A program made the translations under genes and the position numbers. The notes beneath the pieces were generated by a model. The model was not told where the DNA came from and searched no databases. It worked only from the letters and a program-made list of their open reading frames with translations. Positions 51,950 to 61,570 of a stretch of 64,000 nucleotides of DNA are shown here, piece after piece (the stretch's first letter is position 1; every line of letters begins with the position of its first letter). This stretch comes from Arcobacteraceae bacterium (GTDB taxonomy: Bacteria > Campylobacterota > Campylobacteria > Campylobacterales > Arcobacteraceae), in the NCBI GenBank assembly GCA_963662945.1, contig OY759974.1, positions 384,001-448,000 on the forward strand, read 5' to 3'.

Positions 51950-53860
51950 ATGACAAATGAAGATGAAAAAAATTTATTATTGTCAATAAAAATCATACCT
52001 CTAATTATTGTTATACTTGTTGCTATTATAGGAATTATTACTGCTTTATTCATAAACAATCAAAATTTTAATAATGAAATTAAAAATGTTAAAAGCGTAT
52101 ATTTAAAAGAAGAAAAAAATGCTTTAAAACAAGAAGTTTTAAAAATACGCAATAACATCTTAAATGAAAAACAATTAACCAAAGAACAACTCAAAACAAA
52201 TATCAAAGAAAAAGTTTATATGGCACATAGTATTGCTACAAATATTTACGAACAATATAAATCTACAAAAAGTAAAAATGAAATAAAAGAGATAATTAAA
52301 AATGCTCTTGTAAACGTTAGATTCAATAATGGTAGAGGTTATTTTTTTATTTATTCTATGAATTATGAATGTATTTTATTACCTGTTTCTAGACATTTAG
52401 AAGGAACTAACTTTTATAACTTTCAAGATGTTAAAGGTATGTATCTCACTAGAGAAATTATAAAACAAATCAAAAAAGAAAAAGAGGGATTCTTAACTTG
52501 GTGGTATCATAAACCAAATGATATGATTGAACAATATGAAAAAATAGGTTTTAACAAATATTTTGAACCATTTAATTGGTTTATAGGTACTGGTGAATAT
52601 GTTAAAGACTATGAAGAAACTGTAAAGAAAACTATTACTAAGCGATTATCTTTATATACCTATAAAAAAGATTCTTATATATTTATTATCGATAAAAATG
52701 GAGTGATTTTAGCACACAAAAATAAAGATATCATAGGGAAAGATAGAATAGAAACAAAAGATGTTAATAATTTTAGTATTACACATGAAATTACTAAAAC
52801 AGCCCAAAATGGTGGTGGTTTTATTGAATATATATTTCCTCCAACAGGAATAAATAAAATCTCTTATGTGCTACCACTTGAGGAGTGGAATTGGACAATA
52901 GGTTCAGGATTCTATACAAATGATTTAAATGCATTGATTGAAAATAAAAAAAAGACTTTACAAGAACAAAATCAAAAACAAATTAATACTATCATTCTAG
53001 CTTCTATTGTCATTATTATTTTGATTATTATTCTATCACTATCTCTTTCTTACACGATCCAAAAAAGATTTGAAAATTATAAAACCAAAGCACATCAAAA
53101 AGATAAAATGATAACAGAACAATCAAAAATGGTAGCAATGGGGGAGATGATAGGAAATATTGCCCATCAATGGAGACAACCTCTATCAATAATTTCAACA
53201 GGTGCTACAGGAATGAAAGTACAAAAAGAATATGGTCTTTTAACTAATGAAGAATTTAATAAAATATGTGATTTAATCAATGAAAATGCCCAATATCTTT
53301 CAGAAACAATAGATGATTTTAAAAACTTCATTAAAGGTGACCGAGTAAAAGAAATTTTTAGTTTGGAAGAAAATATAAATTCATTTGTTCATTTAGTAGA
53401 AGGCTCTATTAAATCAAACAATATCAAACTTATTTTAAATTTAGAAAACGATATAAAAATAAACGGCTATAGCAATGAATTAATGCAATGTTTTATCAAT
53501 ATCTTCAATAATGCAAAAGATGCTTTAAAAGAACAAGCAAAACAAGATAAAATTATAATGATTTCAACTTATTCTCAAGAAAATACAGCTGTGATTGAGA
53601 TACTAGATAATGCAGAAGGTATAGCAGAAGATATTCTCCCTAAAATCTTTGAACCTTACTTTACTACAAAACATAAATCACAAGGCACTGGACTTGGACT
53701 TAGTATGACTTACAAATTTATTGTTGATGGTATGAATGGAACTATTGAGGCTCAAAATAAAGAATTTCAATATAACCACAAAAACTACAGAGGTGCCGAG
53801 ATAAAAATAGTATTACCTCTTCAAATATTTGATGCAGAAGAGTTAAATTTAGAAAACTAA
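51950..53860 (+). CDS. Tandem-Cache sensor histidine kinase
   Basis: Two Cache-like repeats (GYFFIY..WFIGTG; YIFII..WTIGSG), AHQWRQPL, NAKD, GTGLGL. Confidence 0.9.
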   Translation: MTNEDEKNLLLSIKIIPLIIVILVAIIGIITALFINNQNFNNEIKNVKSVYLKEEKNALKQEVLKIRNNILNEKQLTKEQLKTNIKEKVYMAHSIATNIYEQYKSTKSKNEIKEIIKNALVNVRFNNGRGYFFIYSMNYECILLPVSRHLEGTNFYNFQDVKGMYLTREIIKQIKKEKEGFLTWWYHKPNDMIEQYEKIGFNKYFEPFNWFIGTGEYVKDYEETVKKTITKRLSLYTYKKDSYIFIIDKNGVILAHKNKDIIGKDRIETKDVNNFSITHEITKTAQNGGGFIEYIFPPTGINKISYVLPLEEWNWTIGSGFYTNDLNALIENKKKTLQEQNQKQINTIILASIVIIILIIILSLSLSYTIQKRFENYKTKAHQKDKMITEQSKMVAMGEMIGNIAHQWRQPLSIISTGATGMKVQKEYGLLTNEEFNKICDLINENAQYLSETIDDFKNFIKGDRVKEIFSLEENINSFVHLVEGSIKSNNIKLILNLENDIKINGYSNELMQCFINIFNNAKDALKEQAKQDKIIMISTYSQENTAVIEILDNAEGIAEDILPKIFEPYFTTKHKSQGTGLGLSMTYKFIVDGMNGTIEAQNKEFQYNHKNYRGAEIKIVLPLQIFDAEELNLEN

Positions 53861-53899
53861 AGTTTTGCTTACATCATAAATTATTAAAAAAAACTTTTA

Positions 53900-53933
53900 T
53901 GTGACACTAGATGTGACAACTTTATGATAATAT
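53900..53933 (+). promoter_or_regulatory. TGTGACA direct repeat plus extended -10
   Basis: TGTGACA-ctaga-TGTGACA-acttta-TGATAATAT upstream of the transglutaminase-like gene. Confidence 0.65.
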
Positions 53934-53969
53934 AATATGAAAAATTTTAATTAAAAAGGCCTAATAAAA

Positions 53970-56147
53970 ATGCAAAAGAATTTATTAATAATTTTAATCT
54001 TTATCTCTAACTTATTTTCAAGTCAAACACTAGATACAATAAAAAAATTTAATCCAACAAAAGAAGAGATAAAGAATGGTGCTGTAATCATAAAAAGGAA
54101 TATAAATACAACATTGGATAATAACAATTTTGCAACAGAAAAAATATATTATCTTATTGCAATACTAGATGATCAAGCAGCAAAAGACTACAGTCATATA
54201 AAAGCATCCTTTAATTCATTTTATAAAGACTATAAAATTGATTTTGCAAGAGTTATTTCAAAAAATGGAGAGATAGTAAATTTAAAAGATGATGCTGTTA
54301 TTTTAAAATCATCAAATAATAGTTATTATAGTGATAATAAAACTTTAGAGTTTTCCCTACCTAATTTAAAATCTGGTATGTTTATAGAATATCAATTAAC
54401 AAGTACTACTTTAAAACAATTAATCCATAATCATTATTTTGATAGTGGTAATTTCATGAAATTACATACCAACGATAGTTCAAAAATAAGAATTGATGCA
54501 ATCAAAGAATCAAGTGTAAAAATAAAGTTACCTAAAGGACAAAAACTCTACTATAAAGTTAAAAATATTAAAGATATTTTTAGCGTCACAGACCATGACA
54601 CATATACTGAATATGAAGCAAAATATAAAGATCTCCAGCATATCGAACTTGAACCTTTTTCAGCAATACAGTATTCTGAAATAGTACCAAATTATAATAT
54701 CTCTACTACAAAAGATTGGAATTTATTATCAAAACATTTTTTTAAAATATTTAGTGAAAAAACAGTAGTTACTGATGAATTAAAAACCTTGGCTTTTAAT
54801 ATTACCAAAAATAAAAATAGTAATAAAGAAAAAATTTTAGCAATTTATGAATTTATTCAAAAAAATATAAAATATATTTTTGCTAACTTGGGTTCAGGAG
54901 GATATACACCCCATGCAGCAAATGAAATTTTTGATAACCTTTATGGTGATTGTAAAGATCAAACCATATTATTTATTACATTACTAAAAGCTATTGGTAT
55001 AGAGTCTTACCCTACTTTAATTAGCTCATACAATGATGATATTCTAGATAAAAATAGTATTGTTTCTCCCTATTATTTTAATCATATGATTGCATATATT
55101 CCTAGTGAAAATGTCTGGGTAGATAATACAGGTAGTAACTTTAAATATCCTGGTATTACTTATCAATTAAAAGGAAAGTCTTCATTTATTATACAAGAGA
55201 ATGAACCCCTTTTTAAAAAAGTCAATACTCCTTTAAAAAATATTATATATATTACACAAAACTTTAGTATTGAAAATAAACTTTTATTACAAAATATAGA
55301 AATTGAATTAACTGGTGTATTTAGTCAAATTTATAAGTCATACTATGCACAAAATAGTAAAAATCTCAAATTAGGCTTAAAAGGTTTTATAAATCAAGCT
55401 TTTCAAAATAGTGAAATAACTAACTTGTCATTTGTAAATACAGACTCTATCAAAGATAATTTTAAAATTATAATTCAAGCTAAAGAAACTCGAGAATTAA
55501 AGCTAGATGATCAAGTCAATCCAGTTATAACTTATGGTTCAAGTATCATTGATGGTTTTGTATTTAACTTCACAAACTTAGCTTATTTTATTAAAAATGA
55601 AAATAATAAACAAGGTTTTAACTTCGGTTTTGAATATGAAATAATTAGAAAATTTCATTGCTTAGCTCCAACTAGTGATACAAAACCTACTTTAATTCAA
55701 GTACCCACTATATTACAAACAAAGTATTTTGAGACTAATTTTAAGCAAAAGGAAGATGAAAATAATATAATTATCTTGACTAACTTGAAAGTAAAAGAAA
55801 AATCAATAAAACCAAATGATTATAATCAAGAGCTTAACAACTTTAAAAAATTTTTGAATAATTCACAATGGTTATTACAATATAAGTATAATCAATTTTA
55901 TGCAAACGAAAGAAAATTAAAAAATAATAAAGATTTAGACTCACAAATAAAACTAGCAGAATCTTATATGAATAGAATGCAACTTACAGAAGCAAAATCA
56001 CTTTTAGATGGAATAATCAACAACTATCCTAAACATTATCAATTAAATTACACTTATGGAATACTTCTAGGATTAATAGGTGATGATAACTTATCTAATA
56101 AGTATCTTTCAATTGCTAATGAAATTAAACTTGAAAGGAATAAATAA
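53970..56147 (+). CDS. Exported DUF3857 + transglutaminase-like domain protein with C-terminal TPR
   Basis: Signal peptide, LPNLKSG..IEY (DUF3857-like), GDCKD / FNHMI / WVDNT Cys-His-Asp triad. Confidence 0.85.
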   Translation: MQKNLLIILIFISNLFSSQTLDTIKKFNPTKEEIKNGAVIIKRNINTTLDNNNFATEKIYYLIAILDDQAAKDYSHIKASFNSFYKDYKIDFARVISKNGEIVNLKDDAVILKSSNNSYYSDNKTLEFSLPNLKSGMFIEYQLTSTTLKQLIHNHYFDSGNFMKLHTNDSSKIRIDAIKESSVKIKLPKGQKLYYKVKNIKDIFSVTDHDTYTEYEAKYKDLQHIELEPFSAIQYSEIVPNYNISTTKDWNLLSKHFFKIFSEKTVVTDELKTLAFNITKNKNSNKEKILAIYEFIQKNIKYIFANLGSGGYTPHAANEIFDNLYGDCKDQTILFITLLKAIGIESYPTLISSYNDDILDKNSIVSPYYFNHMIAYIPSENVWVDNTGSNFKYPGITYQLKGKSSFIIQENEPLFKKVNTPLKNIIYITQNFSIENKLLLQNIEIELTGVFSQIYKSYYAQNSKNLKLGLKGFINQAFQNSEITNLSFVNTDSIKDNFKIIIQAKETRELKLDDQVNPVITYGSSIIDGFVFNFTNLAYFIKNENNKQGFNFGFEYEIIRKFHCLAPTSDTKPTLIQVPTILQTKYFETNFKQKEDENNIIILTNLKVKEKSIKPNDYNQELNNFKKFLNNSQWLLQYKYNQFYANERKLKNNKDLDSQIKLAESYMNRMQLTEAKSLLDGIINNYPKHYQLNYTYGILLGLIGDDNLSNKYLSIANEIKLERNK

Positions 56148-56148
56148 T

Positions 56149-57519
56149 ATGAAAATTAAAATATTTATTATATTATTAGTTATATCTACTAACTTATTTG
56201 GTTTTTTTAATTTTTTTGAAAGTGAACAAGTTAGTCATTTAAAAAAAGAGATTGAAAAAGATTATAACAATGTTGATTTACACATACAATTATCAAATGA
56301 ATACTATAATGAATTTTTAAAATCAAAAGATAAAAATAGTATTGAAAATGCATATTCAGAAATCAAAATTGCCCAATCTTTAAATCCAATGGACTTAAAA
56401 CTCGTAAGTATGTGTTATGAAATTGGATTTAATTTAGTAAAGGAAACTAAGAAACAAGAATTTTTAAATGAGTTGAAAACTTATTTTGATATATTAATAA
56501 ATGCTAACATGAATATTGCTCCAATATCTTATTTGGAATCTATAATTACTCCATATAATGAAGAAAATTTTACTAAACACATTATTTTATTAAAAAAAGC
56601 TCTCAAAGATAATTATAAATTTGTAGACACCTATAATCTTTTGTCTAGTGTTTATATAGATACTAAAAAGTATGATTTAGCTCTGCAAATTGCAAGAATG
56701 GGAACAAAGTTAGCTCCAAACTATTATAGGTTTTATTTAACACAGGCTACTGCTTTACAAGGTAAAATTGATAATAATGAACAGAATAACAATTGTGATT
56801 TGTTTAATGATAAACAAAATGAAGAAATTATAAAATTACTTCAAAAGGCAATTAAACTAAATACTCAAGATACTACATATATGAGACATATGCTCTCTAC
56901 AATATACAAAAGAACAGGAAAAAATAAATTATCTATCTTTTTAATTAAACAATTAGTTGAACAAGACCCGAAAAATCAAGATAATCTTTTGCAACTTATA
57001 GAAAATTATACAGAAGACTTACAAATAGATAAATCAAAAGAACTACTTGCCACTATAACACCCAAAGATAGTGAATTACTAAATTGGTATAATAGTGAAT
57101 ATGCAACTATTTATATATTAGAACGTGATTGGAATAAAGCCTCAGAATATTTTAAAAAATTTTTAGATGGTTCCAAAACAGATAACTTTTATAGATATTT
57201 TACTTATAGTATTATTACCAACCCAAAAAATATCAATTCTTTTAAAGAGCTTGATAATCTTCCAAAATATGTTAAAGTAAATGATTGGCACAATGATTTA
57301 AAACTATTTGTTCAGCAAAAAATTGATGAAAAAAGCTTATTAGCTAAAGCTGATAATATATGTAAAAAGAGTGAGGCATTATATAGTATAGGTATAATAA
57401 ATTTATTAAATGGTAATGAAACCATTGCAAAAAAATATTTTCAAGATACTGTAAATTTAAAAGTTTATAGTTATACTGAATATATTCACAGTAAATACTA
57501 TATAAAAAATTTAAAATAG
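56149..57519 (+). CDS. Exported TPR protein (NlpI-like C-terminus)
   Basis: Signal peptide after AAAGGA RBS, multiple TPR-like helices, EALYSIG...AKKYF...V..VY.Y.EY tail. Confidence 0.8.
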   Translation: MKIKIFIILLVISTNLFGFFNFFESEQVSHLKKEIEKDYNNVDLHIQLSNEYYNEFLKSKDKNSIENAYSEIKIAQSLNPMDLKLVSMCYEIGFNLVKETKKQEFLNELKTYFDILINANMNIAPISYLESIITPYNEENFTKHIILLKKALKDNYKFVDTYNLLSSVYIDTKKYDLALQIARMGTKLAPNYYRFYLTQATALQGKIDNNEQNNNCDLFNDKQNEEIIKLLQKAIKLNTQDTTYMRHMLSTIYKRTGKNKLSIFLIKQLVEQDPKNQDNLLQLIENYTEDLQIDKSKELLATITPKDSELLNWYNSEYATIYILERDWNKASEYFKKFLDGSKTDNFYRYFTYSIITNPKNINSFKELDNLPKYVKVNDWHNDLKLFVQQKIDEKSLLAKADNICKKSEALYSIGIINLLNGNETIAKKYFQDTVNLKVYSYTEYIHSKYYIKNLK

Positions 57520-57523
57520 ATTT

Positions 57524-57973
57524 TCACATTACTTTTACTTTAAACACAAGTTTTTTCATTTTTCCTTCTCCTAAAAGTGGTGCATGTGCATCTGTTGGAA
57601 AAAAAATAGCGAAACTTCCTTTTGAAACTGCAAAGATTGATTCAAACGATTCATGAAAAAATCCATAATCTTTTTCTTTATCAAAAGGGCTAACCCATTC
57701 TTGACACTGAGATAAGCTTTTCCACCCCATAGACTCACCATCAATAAGTGGTATTTGTATATCGATAAATTGTCGATGAACTTCAAGTTTTGCATTGTCT
57801 TTTATTCTCAATGGAGAAATTTCATAAATCATATAAAGTTTATCTTTTATAAGTTCTATTTTGCCCTCTTCAAGAGTCTCTACATTAAGCTGTTTTAAAA
57901 ATCTTGACACCTCACCAAAAAGTGGATGTAAAGTGACATATTTATCAAAATTATCAAGTGTATCTAGTATCAT
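57524..57973 (-). CDS. YhcH/YjgK/YiaL-family protein
   Basis: EVHRQFIDIQ, FAIFFP.DAHAP, KLVFKV. Confidence 0.9.
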   Translation of the reverse strand: MILDTLDNFDKYVTLHPLFGEVSRFLKQLNVETLEEGKIELIKDKLYMIYEISPLRIKDNAKLEVHRQFIDIQIPLIDGESMGWKSLSQCQEWVSPFDKEKDYGFFHESFESIFAVSKGSFAIFFPTDAHAPLLGEGKMKKLVFKVKVM

Positions 57974-58136
57974 CAGTATCCTTTATTTGTCGATATTATA
58001 TCAAATCTTGAAAAAATTTATTCTCTCTTCCAATTAAAATTTATAAAAAAATAAACTTATAATCTTATATTATATTTTTAAACTGAAATATGATACACTA
58101 TTCTTACTACAAAACATACAATAGGATTAAGTAAAA

Positions 58137-58481
58137 ATGCGACTTATAGATTTATTTTCAGATTACATTAGAAACAAAAAAGACCTTATAGAATATATTG
58201 AAAAAAGAAAAGATATAAATGAAAGAGGTGAGTTCAATGATGAAAAACTAAGACTTGCTGCACAAAAACTTGAAAGACTCAAAAAAGAATATCCGGAGAT
58301 TTATGATGGGATGTTTGAAACATTAGAAGAATACTATAGAAGAGATGAAGGACATTATGTAGAATATCCTATAAACTTTTTAAAAGAGATTTTGATGATG
58401 TTTGAAAACCATGTTACTGTTGAACAAATTTACAAATCATACAGAGATGGTTTACACCATAAATGTAGGGATGCTTACTAA
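58137..58481 (+). CDS. Hypothetical protein (114 aa)
   Basis: AGGA RBS, upstream TGATACACT -10-like; no recognised motif. Confidence 0.7.
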   Translation: MRLIDLFSDYIRNKKDLIEYIEKRKDINERGEFNDEKLRLAAQKLERLKKEYPEIYDGMFETLEEYYRRDEGHYVEYPINFLKEILMMFENHVTVEQIYKSYRDGLHHKCRDAY

Positions 58482-58485
58482 TATT

Positions 58486-58875
58486 TTATACCAAACAACA
58501 AAGATAACTTTGTTCTTGGTACTTATTTAGCTCTTTTGGATAAGTCACTTCCATTTTCTTCTCATATTTACTTAATGCTTGAGGAGACACAAACACAACT
58601 TCACAAATATCATTTAACTGAATAATTGTTTCTATTTTAAAAGTGATAGCACCACCAGCAAAATTTCCTTTTTTTGAACGTTTTTTAACAATGATTTTTT
58701 CTATTTGATTTTCTTGAATAAATGCTTCAAAACTTTTTTTAAATTCAACTACATTAGCTTGTATTTCATCATCTTCAAGTATTAGTTTTTTTATCTTTAC
58801 ATCAAGATAATTTCCTTTCTCTACAATGCTTAGTATTGCATAATTAGATTTTATCTCTATACCACATATTCTCAT
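58486..58875 (-). CDS. DUF3010-family protein
   Basis: MRICGIEIKSN, KKR.KKG.FAGGA.TFKIE.IIQL. Confidence 0.85.
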   Translation of the reverse strand: MRICGIEIKSNYAILSIVEKGNYLDVKIKKLILEDDEIQANVVEFKKSFEAFIQENQIEKIIVKKRSKKGNFAGGAITFKIETIIQLNDICEVVFVSPQALSKYEKKMEVTYPKELNKYQEQSYLCCLV

Positions 58876-58922
58876 ATTTTTATCCTTGTATGATTTTATA
58901 TATGATATTGTAACTTATAATT

Positions 58923-59225
58923 TTAGAAGAGATTCATTTCCTTGCATATTGCAATGAAAACTATTTGTAAAATACAAACTAAAATAAATTTCCATAAAAA
59001 TGAAATTTTTTTTATCTTATGCCGAAAAATAAGCATAGCTAAAATAGAACCAACTGTACCACCAACAAAGGTAAAAAACAATAATCGTAATTCTGATACT
59101 CTTGATATATTTTTTTCCACTCTCATAGCTTGTAACTTATCGAAAGAATATAATATAAATGCAAAAATATTTATCAATAGAAAATAGAGTTCTATATATG
59201 TAAGTGTAAAATCTATATGTATCAT
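58923..59225 (-). CDS. DUF1294-family membrane protein
   Basis: Y..DK..A...RVSE..L....GG..G....FRHK. Confidence 0.88.
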   Translation of the reverse strand: MIHIDFTLTYIELYFLLINIFAFILYSFDKLQAMRVEKNISRVSELRLLFFTFVGGTVGSILAMLIFRHKIKKISFLWKFILVCILQIVFIAICKEMNLF

Positions 59226-59293
59226 TCTGCTTCAAATAAACCTTTATTTTTCTATGATATACTACCCTACTTTAATACAAATTTGGAGTTTGA

Positions 59294-59614
59294 ATGAATA
59301 GTTTACCTATTAATATAAATATTAAGTTTAAAACTATAACACAGCTTATCCCAAAAGAACTTGGAATACGAAAAAAAATCGGCATTTATACTGCGATTGA
59401 TAGTCTAAATCAAACATATATTTTCTTATATATTATACAAAAAAGTAGATTTCTTCAAAAAGATGTGGAAAAGATTGAAGATATTTATACTCTAATACAA
59501 AGTTACACAAATACTAGCTTTAATAAAAAATATATCATCATAGAATCTCCACTTTGTTCAAAAGCAAAAGCAAAGTTAGAAAATAATTCTTGGAGTTGTG
59601 AAAATATATTATGA
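59294..59614 (+). CDS. Hypothetical protein
   Basis: GGAG RBS; KSRFLQKD and PLCSKAK motifs; coupled to the cupin gene. Confidence 0.65.
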   Translation: MNSLPININIKFKTITQLIPKELGIRKKIGIYTAIDSLNQTYIFLYIIQKSRFLQKDVEKIEDIYTLIQSYTNTSFNKKYIIIESPLCSKAKAKLENNSWSCENIL

Positions 59615-59940
59615 TGAAAAACGAAATTTTCAACTTTCTAACCAATATTCCAAAAGAATCCTCAGAGGAAATATTTCAAACTATTCTACAAAATGACAAT
59701 ATAAAGGTAGAACGAATTATCTCTTATGGACAAACTACTCCAAAGGATTATTGGTATGACCAAAACGAAGATGAATTTGTTTTAGTTTTAGAAGGTGAAG
59801 CAAAGATAGCCTATGATGATGAAAGTTTATATCATCTTAAAAAGGGAGATAGTCTTTATATAAAAGCTCACCAGAAGCATCAAGTTAGATATACTTCAAA
59901 TCCTACGATTTGGTTAGCAATCTTTATTTCTAAAAATTAA
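59611..59940 (+). CDS. Cupin-domain protein
   Basis: ERIISYGQTTP..WYDQ..EFV.VL.G, AHQKHQV, IWLAIF. Confidence 0.88.
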   Translation: MMKNEIFNFLTNIPKESSEEIFQTILQNDNIKVERIISYGQTTPKDYWYDQNEDEFVLVLEGEAKIAYDDESLYHLKKGDSLYIKAHQKHQVRYTSNPTIWLAIFISKN

Positions 59941-60565
59941 TAAACATTTCCAACTTCTCTTTGTCTAAAAGAGTATGTTCCTTATCTATGATTTTTAAGT
60001 CTTTAAGCTTTTTAAGTATTCTTGAAAGTGTTTCTGGTGTCATATGTAATTCTGTTGCTATGATTTTATTTTTTTTATTTTTAAATGATAAGGGATTATC
60101 GTGTATATAAGAAGCTACTTTTGTAGTAGCATCAAAGATAAGACTTCTATTTAAAAGTCCATCCATCCCTTTTATTTTTCTTGTAAGTGATTTTGTTACT
60201 TGAAACGATATAGCTGCATTTGTTTGTAAAATTTTTAGAAACTCATCTTTTTTTATTAAAGCAAAAGTAGAGTCTTCTACACAGATACAAGTTGCGGGAA
60301 AATTAAATCCCTCAATACTTGCCATCTCTGCAATAAGCGTAGTTCCTACAAAATTATGCAAAACAATTTCAGTTCCTTTTGGATCAACTTTATATACTTT
60401 TGCAAAACCATCAATCAATAGATAAAAATAATTTGGTGTATCGCCTTCGTAAAATACAATATTTTCTTTTTTAAATTTTTCTATTGTAGTTATATATGCT
60501 ATATCTTGTAATTCATCACTACTTAATGAACTAAATAAATCTAATTTTTGTAGTTGTTCTATCAT
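59930..60565 (-). CDS. Crp/Fnr-family regulator (NssR/Dnr-like, no Fe-S Cys cluster)
   Basis: cNMP-like domain (FYEGD, IAE...FPAT), HTH TPETLSR. Confidence 0.9.
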   Translation of the reverse strand: MIEQLQKLDLFSSLSSDELQDIAYITTIEKFKKENIVFYEGDTPNYFYLLIDGFAKVYKVDPKGTEIVLHNFVGTTLIAEMASIEGFNFPATCICVEDSTFALIKKDEFLKILQTNAAISFQVTKSLTRKIKGMDGLLNRSLIFDATTKVASYIHDNPLSFKNKKNKIIATELHMTPETLSRILKKLKDLKIIDKEHTLLDKEKLEMFINF

Positions 60566-60571
60566 TGTGTA

Positions 60572-60600
60572 ATAGTAGCGAATATCTTTTCTTAGGTCAA
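60572..60600 (-). promoter_or_regulatory. sigma70 promoter giving a probable leaderless Crp/Fnr mRNA
   Basis: TTGACC-17 nt-TACTAT-6 nt-ATG; no Shine-Dalgarno. Confidence 0.6.
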
Positions 60601-60935
60601 GAAAATAATTTATTTTTTAGTTTTAATAACCCTAATTTTACTCCACTAAATCGCATAATTTTTGCTAACTGTTTCCATTGTGATTTTTCATAACAAGGAG
60701 TAGGACACTTTCTACACCTTGGTTTTTCTTCATGTGGACAGTTTTGAAGTTTATCAAGAGAATACTCAAATATCCCTAGACATTCACTACAAAGATTAAG
60801 TGTCGTTGAAAAGTAGAAGTTTTTATAAGGTATATTCTGTTTTATTGGAAATTGATTTGTATGTTTACTAGCACAATAAGTTTGTAAAAAAATTTTTAAA
60901 GTTTCTATTTCATGTTCAAACTTCTGAGTTGTCAT
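60597..60935 (-). CDS. YgbA-like ('nitrous oxide-stimulated promoter' family) protein
   Basis: E..T....YC..KH, LC.EC, CPH.EKP.C.KC..PCY, MRFSG. Confidence 0.88.
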   Translation of the reverse strand: MTTQKFEHEIETLKIFLQTYCASKHTNQFPIKQNIPYKNFYFSTTLNLCSECLGIFEYSLDKLQNCPHEEKPRCRKCPTPCYEKSQWKQLAKIMRFSGVKLGLLKLKNKLFS

Positions 60936-61570
60936 ACTATTTTACATTTTTGGATGTCATCTTTATAACTTTGTGCTATAAAATCAGCGGCTAAAATCGT
61001 ATCTAAAATATTTTTTTCTATTGTTTTTGTTTCTAAATATTGTGTCATCTCTTGTATTGTTATATCACTTTTTCTTTTCTCTAGTTTTACAATATCATTA
61101 AGTTTTATATTTCCTTCTTGCAATACTCTGACATACCAACCAGTAGCATTATGTTGTTTAATAAACTGAGAAGCTTTATTTGAGATAACAGCCCCAATTT
61201 TCCAACATGGCTGTCGTGGTTGCGTGACTTGTAATAAAACCTCTCCTATACTATACACATCTCCTACACAAACAGTTGTTTCATCTACATCATTTACTAA
61301 AATATTTGCAGAAAATATAGTCATATCCATAGACTCTTTAAATTCTTCTTCATAAATTATACTATGATTTGTTGACGCTATTAAGAGTGCTTTATCTAAG
61401 CCTCCATGATATCTTTTATCTGCTTGTTCATCTTCTTTAATACCATCTTTTGAAATATATGCAATTTGATATGGTTCCCTCTTTAAATACCCACTTTGAA
61501 ACTCTTTTTCTTTTATTTTATAAGATTGAATCTTTCCACCAAATATATATTGGACTGCTATACTATTCAT
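60932..61570 (-). CDS. MOSC-domain protein (YiiM-like)
   Basis: QADKRYHGG.DKA, QVTQPRQPCWK, GWY.RVLQEG. Confidence 0.9.
   Translation of the reverse strand: MNSIAVQYIFGGKIQSYKIKEKEFQSGYLKREPYQIAYISKDGIKEDEQADKRYHGGLDKALLIASTNHSIIYEEEFKESMDMTIFSANILVNDVDETTVCVGDVYSIGEVLLQVTQPRQPCWKIGAVISNKASQFIKQHNATGWYVRVLQEGNIKLNDIVKLEKRKSDITIQEMTQYLETKTIEKNILDTILAADFIAQSYKDDIQKCKIV

Noticed and set aside
53791-53798. AGGTGCCG match to the tRNA-Asn 3' end as a possible attR
   Set aside because: Only 8 nt, inside kinase codons (GAE) also conserved in the paralog, and no integrase nearby.
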